From Fimbriosthenelais zetlandica (Eukaryota), in the NCBI GenBank assembly GCA_977030845.1, contig OZ365116.1, positions 20,956,001 through 21,020,000 of the forward strand: a DNA stretch of 64,000 nucleotides, read 5' to 3'. The translations under genes were made by a program, and so were the position numbers. Position 1 is the stretch's first letter. Every line of letters begins with the position of its first letter. Below are positions 33,501-45,600 of the stretch, piece after piece. The notes under the pieces are model-generated. The model was given only the letters and a program-made list of their open reading frames with translations, was not told the origin of the DNA and searched no databases.

Positions 33501-36500
33501 TCAGATTGACCTCCTGAGAATTGTTAATGGCCTTTGTGGAATTACAGAAAGACCTATAGGTGCCAATGACCAGTATTGATTAAATGGTATTTCAGATGTA
33601 AAATGGCGAACACTGGTCAGTTATGCTATTTATCTCGATTTTCTTCTGAAAATACCTGTTCAGATGGCAATTATTTTCTCAAGTTAAACCTCTCTATACA
33701 CTGCTGTTTCTTGCAATGTATACATTTCAATTCTTTTTCCCGCATTTTGGCGGTTCAATAAAGTCCAATACAGTGGTAGAGAGAGTCTGACCTTCTGGGA
33801 GGTAACCGGGGCCCGCACTTCCTGCTCTGTTGACATGAGCTCAAGTCTTGCGTGAGGCTTTCTCTACACTGGCGTGTCCACCTTATCCTTACAACTGCCT
33901 TTTCCTTTTGAAGTTCTTCCAATAATGGATGTCTGCAGGCCCAATCCCCAGCCTTCCCCCTTCACTTGCTTCTATTTTCAAGGCTTCTGTATATAGCCCC
34001 AGTGCTTCAGACTCTCAGGGCTGGATTCAAAGGGCTGCTCCAGAGGTCACGTGGTTATTGAAAGTTTCTCTTATTCATGGAGTACGTCCTCATGATATTA
34101 ATTTATGACATCGGCAATAATTTATAAGGCCAAAACTTGACGTCATGCCTCCTGGCCTGCCCCATGGGTAGATGCCTCTCACGTCAACGACCTCCTCCAG
34201 ACCGATCCGACATGAGCCTCTCAGCCTCTCATCTGAGGAGCAATATTAACCGTGCTTCAATGATTACAATGCTCAAAACATGCAGGCAAACCACTACTGC
34301 TTTCTTGGTCCTGGTTGATTAGGCATTGCATGTCAATTTGAGCATGAATTTGAGCATGAATATTTCATGCTGAAATAATTTATTATAATAAACTTCTGTT
34401 TACATTGGAGGAACCAGTTGATAAAGAACTAAAGGCTTATTTTTCAGACCTATCCAAGTTATGTTTTCAAGCATTGAATTAACTCACGTAGGTTGTACCT
34501 TTCACTTGGGGAACTAGGACCAGACTTGCTTTAAAATCGGAGCAATTTGTTCTCTCCCTTGGTATGGATTTTTTCTTGGGTCTAAGTCGTGTGTTGAATA
34601 CTTTCAGTGGATACACGTGTGATGGACTCTTGCCTCCTATCTTTCTTCTCAGCTTTGTTTATATTTGAGCTGCTCCTTGAGCTCTTCTAACACGAGGAGT
34701 GGTTTTGAGCAGATTCTGAGCCAGGTCAAAAATTCTCTACAGGGGTTCCTACACATGATGTGAATATTTTAGCATTTTTTGATCACCTGTTATTGTATCC
34801 GTATTCAGAATACAGATATTTGTCTAAGCTATGAATTGCCTGGTGATTTTGAAGTGTTGTAAGATCATATCAATATTTTAAAGATATCGAGCTTAAAAGT
34901 AGCCAATATCATACAGTTCTTACAGATCTTTTCTCGTAGTTTTAGTTTATGAGATAACTTGGTTCTAAGTTGAGAACAATTGGAGTATCAAGTCGGTGTT
35001 ATTACAAACACATGCACTCTTCTTGTTTCTCCATGGTTTTCTCTCACGCTACTTTAAGCTCTCACTTGACATCTGATGACGCCCATCAATGTGACCTCAG
35101 GAGGGCTCTGAAAAAACACACTGCTTGTAGTCCACACCCATGTTAACAGAGACATGTGTCTATACCATGTCACACCGACGACGAGGGGTACAGGGTCAGG
35201 CAAAGTCACCAAAAAGATGACTAATATCTTAGCCTTGGTATTGTGTTACATTCTTAGTAACCTTGCAAACCCCATCTCCATTGAATATCGATGTAACTTC
35301 TGGCTCCAATGAAAATAGAGAATTTTTAGGAGTAAATAAGTTGTCTTTCATGATATCTACATGGATTATGAGGGAGCTGTGAGTTATAGAGCCACTGATG
35401 TCTATGGCTTGTCTTTGGTCGTTATTTCAGTATTTTACGATGCTCTATACATCCCTGTTGTGACTTGATCACTTTTTATTGGGCATAAAATGAGCAGCAG
35501 GTGGCATTTTAATGTGAAGTCATGGAGTTGCCTGGTTATGATGGAATGTGCACCTTTATTGCCGGTTATATCCGTCTATATTACTCCATCTTAATTCACT
35601 TCCCTCATGTTTTTATTCTTTCAAAGGAAGTTTATTTTTCTGTCAGGCAAGCATGGTAACAATGAAGTTAAAAGGCGTATCCCTTAGTGATATTATACAC
35701 TAACCGACCTGTTATATGGAGTTGTCATCCTTTATTTTAAACACACGAACAATTATGTAATTTCGGATTATTCAGGCCTAAACTGACTTCAAGCTGGCAC
35801 AAAAAATGGGCCATGTGAACCCAGTGTTTCATTGGTGCGGTTCCTTAGTATGCCCCAGGTTAAAGTGAGTTCCAGCTTTAACACTACCATTGTGCTGTGC
35901 TGCATTAGACTAAGGTGATAAGCTGGCATTAACAAAAAACCCTCCCAAGAGAGCCATTCAACATAGGCGCTGAAGTTTAGATAAATGAAAGCTAGAATAT
36001 TAAAAAGAATACTTCCTACAAAAACCTTTCCTACCCATCTCTCCGCCATTAAGTTGGTGACTGCTCCTTTCCATGATGCTCTGTGCTCCTAATGATCCAA
36101 GAAAATACAAAGCCAGTCCAATTTCCACTGTATGACACCACGCATTTCCTCTCCACCGCCTTCTACCCGCCGACCCCTCCAGTCAGGCCTCCTCACGGAT
36201 GGGTGGATGGATGGTTGATTTGACATGTGATGGATCCATGGATGAGTAAAGTGAGTTATAAGCATGCATCCGTCCGTACTTTCTCTGGATGGATGAATTC
36301 AATTTTGAGTCATTCTCTGGCATTTATGTCCTGATTATTTGACATCTGCATTATTTATAGTCATTTGGCCCTCAAGCCACACTGCCATACAAGAAGAACT
36401 AATGTTGGCCGAGTCCAATTATTATTATTACAGATGCCGGTGTTCACCTTAGGCTGGTTTATGTGTAGCGAGTGGCCGCCAGCTCCAGATGGTGGATGCT

Positions 36501-37805
36501 ACTTATTGACAAGGCTAATGGAGCCAACAATGGAATCCCGGCCTCCTGATTTCACTGTCTCTATGGTGGCTGTAAATTAGATGCAGCCATATTTATACAA
36601 TAGTCCTATAGCCATGGGTGAACCGAACCCCATGATCTCCCGCAGAGCACCGCCAGCTCTTGATGGGAATTGAGCAATAATATTGGACATTCTCAAGGGC
36701 CGTACGGTCATCATGCTCTCCCTAATGTGTACCATTCATATTTGAGTTGACCAGTGGTTTTATTGTAGCTTAACAGCTGGTTCATACGTGTATATAGACG
36801 GGAAGGGTTGTGTTATCTTTATGTAGGGCTATAGAGATAGTGGAAAAACAGATTTATTTGAAGCTTGGAAACAGATGAAAAACCAGAGTAACATATGGAG
36901 GAATGAAACTGAGATGCAAAAAGGGAGTCAAGATAAGAAAGTAATTAGAAAGGTAGGAAGGAGAAAAAGCATCTTAGCCTGCTCAAGGCTTCAGACCAAT
37001 GATTGCTAGTTCTCTCCCAGCACTGCAGGCCAACTCATATATTGTAATCCGGGAGAACGTCGAGCATATTGCTTCCCCTATGTATATACTCTGTGGCGCC
37101 CTGTCTTCACAGCTAACTCCCTCAGCTCTGTCAGGGTAGCCTGTCTTTTGCAGCTATCAATATCGTGCTTTGACACAAAGTATAATGTAAATACCTAAAT
37201 AAGGGAATGTGTTTTAGTTGTGAGGTTATCAACAATATGTATCATAACAAGTAGTTTGTGCACACACCTTGTGCACACACATCACTTTATTCTTGTACTA
37301 TATGTGACCATCCTTCCTTGTATAGTCCAGGAAGTCCTTCTTGGCATTCTTTCTCACTTTACTCTTTATGTAGCATTACTATTAGTCCATCCAGCCCCGT
37401 CTGTGCTCCATACCGTAACCCATTCACCCAATCCCGTATAGTGCACGCTCTCACAGCCCACTATTTTACTGTTGACATGTAATAGAGCATGTCACCCTGT
37501 GTTTTCTAGGTGTGTATGCTGTAATAGTCATAGCATGTTCCCAGTTTTGCCATGTACCCAATGTTTCAATATCAGATTGACAGGACATTGATTAGGGTAG
37601 CCTTCGTTTTCCACACATGTCCCAATTAAATAATCATGAAGGCGCAGTGTTGATGGGATTGACTTGACACTGGTGACCTGCAGTAAAATAAAGCTGGGCT
37701 GTGAGGCTTGACTCATGACGGCATTCACAGATCAATAGCCACAATACATGCCCACACCGTTTTATCAATATTAGAAAATCCTGCACAGCAAATAGCCACA
37801 GTGAT

Positions 37806-37853
37806 GGGGCGCGGGGACGGGGGGCGGGGACGGGGGGGGGGGGGGGGGGGGGG
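37806..37853 (+). repeat. G-tract cluster ending in G22 (G-quadruplex potential)
   Basis: ggggcgcggggacggggggcggggac followed by 22 G. Confidence 0.8.
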
Positions 37854-38825
37854 CAGTGTGTGATCGTGGTCCGTGTTAGCTCTCAGTGATGGCTCACTCA
37901 GCCACAGAGAGACGGACCCGGACTCTCTCAGTGATCCACGCAAATTTCCATTCGAAATGTATATTTTTTTCACAAACAAATACTAAATATTGTGAAAAAT
38001 TCCACTTTGCCAATCATTTCCAGTGAAATACTCTAAAGGAGCTTTTAAAATTTTCTTTTAATCGTTGTCCTTTGCCACATCAACATGAAACGTTTGTCTC
38101 TGAAGCTCTGAGGCTATTAATTAGATAGTTGCCAAAAGCAATCAAACACCATCTTTCTGAACATTTCAAACTCAGCTGAAATAAAGTAAATGAGAGTGAA
38201 TGAGGTCAATCTCTGCTATAATTCCACATTTGAAAGATCAGAGACATATGGACACATGTATAAATTGTGCTTCATCATTATGTTGATTGCTCCAGGGCTA
38301 AGGCTAATTAGTTAGGCTTATTTTGATTTGTGAATAATGCTGCCGTACTGGTCGTAGGATTGGGTCTTTGTGAGATATAAATTGCTCTGAGTCTGTTTTC
38401 TCTACATCTAACTCTGAAGGCTGAACATATTCACCCCTCTTGAGGCTCATCATACAGAAGCAATGGTGAAGGTATTACTTCACTTCCTCGTCCATAAAAT
38501 ACACACTCCAAACAGAAAACACTTCCCTCCACTTATTTATTGAATTCAATATGTCCTTCACGGCTGTATTACAGTTTTAACTGAATTAAAATCATGGATC
38601 TGCGTCTGCTTTTCTTCCTCTTCAGCCTGGTCTTTCTTACTTGCTGGTTTGTGGGTTACCTTTATTAATACCCATTCTCCAAATGCTTGCACTCAGATCT
38701 TCCCACCTGGTCAGAAGTGGGATGGTGGAGGAGGAGCAGCAGGAGGAGGTAATAGTATTCTGTACCATGGAGTACCATGGTCTACCCTATAACACCCGTC
38801 ATGTCTCAAAGTGCATGCTTTATCA

Positions 38826-38855
38826 CCCACCCTTCCCACCCTTCCCACCCTGCCC
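38826..38855 (-). repeat. Seven CCC tracts with 1-2 nt spacers (minus-strand G-quadruplex motif)
   Basis: cccacccttcccacccttcccaccctgccc. Confidence 0.7.
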
Positions 38856-41800
38856 GCCTCAACCCTTCCCACCTCCAAACCCCAACCCTCCTCCATCCAT
38901 CACTTTCCTCTCATTGCTTCTTTAAACCAGTTTAATCACCATATTCATTGTTGAATTGAGTAGACAGAGCAATAGTCATACATCTTGGTCTTAATATGAT
39001 CTGAATCATTGTGATATTTAATCTCAAGATCAATTAATCTCATATTACAAAAATGACAATAAGCAAATGCTGTTCAAACTGTTATCTCTCCACTCGTGTA
39101 TTTTGTTCGTGTATGTGGAGTGTACTGCTGGTTTGTATACATTTCACTATGTGTGATGGATGTGTGAGTGGTCATGGGCCCTCCACTGCCTCACTATCCA
39201 GTCACCAATATTGCTCCATCATTGGTCTAGTCAGGTCACGATTAGTTTGCTTAGTATATAGAGTCAATGAGGGTCTATCTGACGATACCTATTACAACTC
39301 TTATGTCCTGGCTACTGGTACTACACGGTATTCCTGCCATGTTGTAACTAGAGCTGCTAACTTAGTTATTCCATATATTACCTTTACATGTATATAGGTG
39401 AATGATATGGAATAATAGATACCTGGTCATTGCTCGATGATCAGATTCTCATGTGCATGATGCGCACATACTTTACCTAATCATAGATGTGATTTAGAAA
39501 TGCTTCTCGAAAATTTAGTACAGGGACATCAAATGTTCCCATCTGACTTTGAGGATCCATTTCAGTCCCATACAAACGGCGCCAGAATGGAGGCACTGTA
39601 TTGAAGCGTCTTTCTTTTAGAGAAGTCGCTTGTATGGACAAGAAAAGACCACTTTCACAGGCAAACACTGCTGTCACCTGAAGACACCCCAAGGGGAGCT
39701 ATAGCCTGCAACTTTAACAGCAGGTACAAGCAGTCCCATGACTTTTTTATTAGGCTCTAAAGGCGGGAAACGGAGAATAGAGGAGAGAGATTTGGATGGC
39801 AAACACCTTGGCAGGCTTCCCTTGGCATGGTGTGTTGTAAGGCCATGGAGTGGGTGTTACATGTTACATGATTGTAGGTGTATCAGCCCGGCTCTTCGCC
39901 CCGAGCCCGCCAGCTCTTCTTGGCAAGTTAGTGTTGGGTTGAGTGGAGGGGTTGTTAGTTACTCCAGTTTATAGTTTGGTTGAAGTTTGTGATTCAGGTT
40001 GAAGGTTACCATTCCAAGGTGATACTCAATACATCTGCTCCCATTGCTACTATTTGCTTCCATTTCCTATTGGCATTGTTTCACATTCTTCTAAACACTA
40101 ATAGAAGCCAACTAAGGCTTAATGTTAAAAGGTAAAATTGCTACATTTGCTTAATGAAAACAATAAGTCTTTGTGACGTATTAAAATGAAAGTCTCTACG
40201 ATTTATTTCCATTTCAACAAATTAAGATTTGGTGTTTTTAGGGATCCAGTTTGCGAGTTATTTCAGGGTCTGAGGATTATGCCAGATTTTAAAAATGAAT
40301 CATTTTCCCATTTTCCTTCAAAGACAGTGACAAGTAATATCCGCTTGGATCATTTCAAGTTTTTGTTTGACATTCATTCTCCTAGGAAACATTAGCTTAA
40401 AAAGTTAAAAGCTGCTCTCATCCCGAAAAAAATACTGAAAGGGAACTGATGCAAACACTGTCCAGAAAACAATGAATATTCATTTGATTTATTAAGTTTG
40501 TTTTCTCCAAGCTAAATGATTGTAAAATGATTTTGCTTGAGCAATTTTGACTGGGGGTGGCAAACTAATCAGTACCCTAAACCACGGCCCCACCGCCAAC
40601 ACACGTGCCTGGGGTGACTTAAACAAGCTGACCTATTTGTGGGAAAGGTCATGGTGGCATTTAACTTTTTCTTACACTATTTTAATCTCTGCTAAGCTGA
40701 CATCAACTGTTGTTCTCATTCCCCGAATATTTTGTGGGCTGAGATTTTGTTCAGGCTTTTATGGGAAATTCTAAATTTTATTTAAATGAGATAGTTATGG
40801 AGATATATATAACATGTAGTTAATGACTTGTTTTGGTTTCAAAATTGATCATAAAGTTCTTCACCTTGAACTGATGTGTATTGATATAATATATTAACCC
40901 TGCCCCTTTAGTCCTCAGACCTTCTGATTCACATACATTTATTATATTACCATTTAGTCACCTGCATTGCATGAGTTGAAATTCTCTGAATTTGATTCGC
41001 AGTTAAATGAGTTGAAAATCTTTAAAATTTTGATTATGTAGTGTCGATTTACAGTTAGGAAAATGTCTGCGGACAAATTTGATCCAGGGTATAAAAGAAG
41101 AAATGCTCTTAGTTTGTCCTTGACAAGGAGCCCTGTGATGGAAGGTCTTGATCTCATGGCCCATCATAAAGGTGCAGAATGTCAGTGGTGAGCCCGCACT
41201 GTAAATATTAGATGACCTCGTGGCCAGGACTAAAGGTCTGCACCATTGATGGCTTACTCTTTCTTTCCTAATTTGCTCCTTTTTCACTCTCGTTTTCTAT
41301 CCTCTCTGACTCACTCTCTCCTCCTTTCTCTCTCTCCGTGTCTTTATCTCAGTGTCAGGTCTCGTCTCCGGGCCTGTGTTATGTAAGGTGAGTGTAGAAT
41401 CGGCCATTAGAGGGCGTGAGATGCGATCACATGGTGACACAAGATGCTCCACTTACCACCTCTTTATCGCCCCGGATGTGCCTGGCCCAACGAGAAAAAA
41501 ATAACGCCTTTTGACTCAGACAGCCTGTTATCATTTCTTATTAAGGCAGCTCATCATCTGTGCCACTTTGTCCCCCATAGAATTTAATACTTAATGCACA
41601 GGGGGTTTGGTCGTTGACTTCTTTATACCATTTGCTGAGATATGGCTGAGACTGTCACTGAGTTAATGCCAAGCCAAAACTCAGTACATGCTCATTGTAA
41701 TGTGATGAAGTATTCTCTGCCGTATCAATTTCTTTTCCTTACTACTTTCGTGATATGTTCTTGGCTTTCTTAATCCATAATCGTCTTTTTCCCTACCTCA

Positions 41801-42515
41801 TGAATCTCCAGAATCCTGTTGTGTTTGCCAGCGTATTCCATTTTCCCCCTAATAAGTATGGATATTGCCTCACATAAGGGTTATCCTATGCACCACTTGG
41901 CTGCTTTTATGAGTAGTAATTCCACCCGTTGCCGCCACTCCTGTCATAACAGTCTGATTGAATTATTATTATTGTTGGCAGACCTTGCCGTCAATATTTG
42001 ACTCGCTGCTCACTGGAGCTTTCCCTAACACAAAAAACATAGATAGCGGGTTGGTTTGGACCTCCCACCAATCTGAGCCCTGTGTTTTTTTGCCGTGTAT
42101 TGATCTGGCTAGTGATGTGAAGTTTCTGAACAGCCACCATCTTGCCTGGTCAGACAGCGGTTAGAGCTGGAGCTGAGTAGACCATGGATCAGAATCATCA
42201 GATTGTGAACCATGTGTCAAGATTGTGTGCACATCCTTGACATTTCCACTAGATTGATACAGCTTGGTTTATGAATACTGATATAGAGCCTTTCTCATAA
42301 AGTCAACGCTCTTTTTACGCTGGGATATCTGTTAGTGTTCGTCTCAGAGAGGACAGTTTTATTTATTGCCAATCATATGTTGGAAGCTGAAGAAAAATAA
42401 AACTTATTGTTAATGAACCAAACTCCATATTTCAGATGGTTTTTTGTGTAATTTACAATTTAAACAATTTAAATGATAATAATGTGTACTTTTGCTTTTA
42501 AACTTTGCCCAATGT

Positions 42516-42636
42516 TTAATTTCCGTACTTTTCTTTTTCAGGTGAGTGTTTATTCCTCAGCCTGTCGTAATAAGGCCATTGACGGTAATTGAAAACTTTG
42601 AATTTTGTCATGATGACAATTAAACTGCAGGTATGT
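42516..42636 (+). other. Candidate recursive splice site (CAG|GTGAGT at 42541/42542) with downstream RS-exon donor (CAG|GTATGT at 42630/42631)
   Basis: tttaat branch-like motif, polypyrimidine tract ttccgtacttttcttttt, CAG immediately followed by consensus GTGAGT; 89-nt cryptic exon with stops in all three frames. Confidence 0.55.
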
Positions 42637-45600
42637 AAATGGTTGAATTTTGTTTTACTGGCGAGCAGAGCCGTGCCACCCACAATGTGGTGGCACGCCA
42701 GCATCACATTTCTCTGCTCACTTGATTCACATTGACATCAATAGAGATTTTCCTGTCAAAACTAGGCATCATTTGCCTGGCATCATTTAATGGCTTGTCT
42801 CTAACAGTAGATAAAAGACAGTAGGTGTGTGTTGTAGAGAGAACAAGTGGAGAGGTTGGTTTCACATGTAGGCTACATACCTCCTACTATAGTCGGAAGG
42901 CTATACATTATGTATGATCAGGAAAAGTGTGGGAACAACAGGTGGAAGGCCTAACCAACACCAAACACCGGGCAGAGCATGGCACATAGAGGTAGAAACG
43001 ACATGCATGTGGCTGCATTAAGCGAATAATAGATGACATATCAAATCATGTCTAACCCAGTGATATGATCAGACTACACGGAGGTACACAGTTATAGGCA
43101 GTATATATATCGTTAAAAACCATTCATTCTCTGTTACAGAATCAGATATTGCTTGTTAACAATAGCTCCATTAAGATTTATGTCCTCCAGTTTTAAAATG
43201 CTTGCATGGATCTGATCTACATGACTGATAATTATGATAAAACAAGTTAAATGATGTCGATCTCGGCTCCAGGAACTCTCAGGAGATTTTTGCCTGGCAA
43301 TCTGCCATGTAAAAGCTCTTGAGCCGGACTCGCTAGCAAGACCAGGCAGTCCCATCTGACGAATGACTGTAATTTGAAAGCTGTAATTGGTGCAGATCCA
43401 TCAGTGCCACACACGAGACAGATTACAACAGCCATATCCAAATCTCAAAACAAGTACATCAGTCACAGCCCATAAAGATTATTTATCTCTCTCTGTCTCT
43501 ACTACCCGCTCCAACGCTGAGACCCATCCAACCCAACCCATCTTACTCCCCATCTGTGTTCAGCAAACATCTAAATATGATGATAATGAATTAACCTGCC
43601 CGTGCCTGTCACCGCCACTTTTCCTCTGGAGGATCTTCTCATTCGAGTATTTCTCGTTTCAAGCATGGTAACATTTATTTGTAATTGAATATAATTTCTG
43701 AGCGTGATGGAAAACATGCCTTATGCCCTGGAAGTTCATTTTAATGTTTTGACGTGGAACTCGTGAACTTTGATCTATGACCAGAACTTCATATTTTCCT
43801 TAAATGAGGTCATTGTCTTTATGGCACATTTACAGAGAGGTAAAGGCAAGCTACGAGAAAAAATGCTCATGTTGAGGAGACATTCTAGTATAATGAATGT
43901 AATGTGAGATCTTTGGATGCGCTCCCACCATCTGCGCTATCTGCTGCCATTCCCTGCATCTCTCTTTCTCTTTCTCACTTTCCTTCCACTTTCTTCTTCT
44001 TGTCTTGCATTACACTTGCTTAGATGCTGCCTTTGGCATTTCCGGTTCCGCTTGTTTCATCATAGTCTGGCATGAAAGATCAGAGAGCAAAAACAGAAGG
44101 TAGAAACGGGCTAAATACGAACTTGTAAAGAGCTGCCTTCCCCTACCTTCGTCTCTAGTTGTATGCAGCTTCCTGCCTCCGCCATTCCTCGTCCCTGGTT
44201 TCCATTTCGCTTATGAACTCATGGGGTAACTGCACTGTACTTAGTATTCATCAGATGGTGATGAATGTAGGACCGAGACTCGTGTCTACAAATTATAACC
44301 TCCCTCTACCACATACTCCGCTTTGTCTGAGAGTAAAATTCCAGTCTATGATGCATTGTACCCAACCATATTGACATAAATACGTTTCTTCTTAATCCCT
44401 TGTACATAATCATTAACAATGAAACTGTATCATATTTTAGAGAATTCCAACTTATATGATAAGAAAGGACTAGCCATGTCTGCCCGGTAGAGCTTCTCCC
44501 CCTCTTGCTGAATTTATAAACTTGATGCTGAATGAAATATTGGCTGGTTGGCCTAAACAGGTCAAGCCTGCATGCATAAGGGAGGCTGTGCCTTTGCCTG
44601 ACGTCTATTGGTATTCTCTCCTTATATATGAGCATAGTGAAAAAGTGCTTTAGTTGCATTCCAGTCCATATCCCGCCTCTGACTCTGTTAAATCGCATGA
44701 GATGGACTCTAATACTTGGGATTGGATAAATCTACAATAGACCTTTTAATATTTGGAGGTGATTCACCCAGATATAATTTAGTCTACCAATTCTCTTCCC
44801 ATTACTAGCTGTTCCCAATTAAGGGGACATAATTTTGTCCATGCCACCAATAAATATTTGATTGAGTCTCTGAAGGAAAGAGATTTATTGTCATGTTCCA
44901 ACACATAAAAGCTGTGTATGCTGACTAAGGAAGTCCATTTAGAAGAGACTCCGGAGTTTTGAGAGAATAATTTGCTTCCCACGTCATTTCTTCGTGATGT
45001 ATTTTCATATTTTAATGATTTATTGGAATTTTTATGAAAGGAACTATGGTATGCTCACCAGCTTCAATGTATGCTGGTTACTTTGAAGCTAATTGTGCTC
45101 CTCAAATCTATGTGGGTTTTGTGTTTGCTAATATCCTTCTCATGGGGATTATAATGACCTAACTGGCTTATCCGTCACATATATTAATCATATTTATCTA
45201 TACACTACCACTGTCTACCACTGGCCCGCTGCCTAATCTGATGCTACAATGCATAGGACTATAAATTGCTTCAATTTTCCCTGCCAATCGATTTATCATT
45301 GTGATACCTCAATCATACTGCTTGTCGGCTATGGGATAGGTCACGTGTTCTTGTAAAATGCCTCAGGGGAAATCAGTGGGGCTTCCGCTGAGTAATTCTC
45401 AGTCCAGTGTCTGGAGCCCGTGAACATAGGCATGAGACCAATAGCATGCACTATAGATTCCATTATATCACTCATCCCTTTCATATAATAATCAGGGCCA
45501 AATAGCAGCAAGCTTCTGTTACAAATTAAATAGCTTCAGGTCATTCTACCTCGTTTGTTCTACCAGTGTAGAAGTCAGTCCTGAGTCATTTTATGCTGCA

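Noticed and set aside
35519-35531. 13-nt match to miR-281 (GTCATGGAGTTGC); also a 10-nt miR-184-like match at 2489-2498
   Set aside because: Matches are partial and no precursor hairpin with a complementary arm is present.
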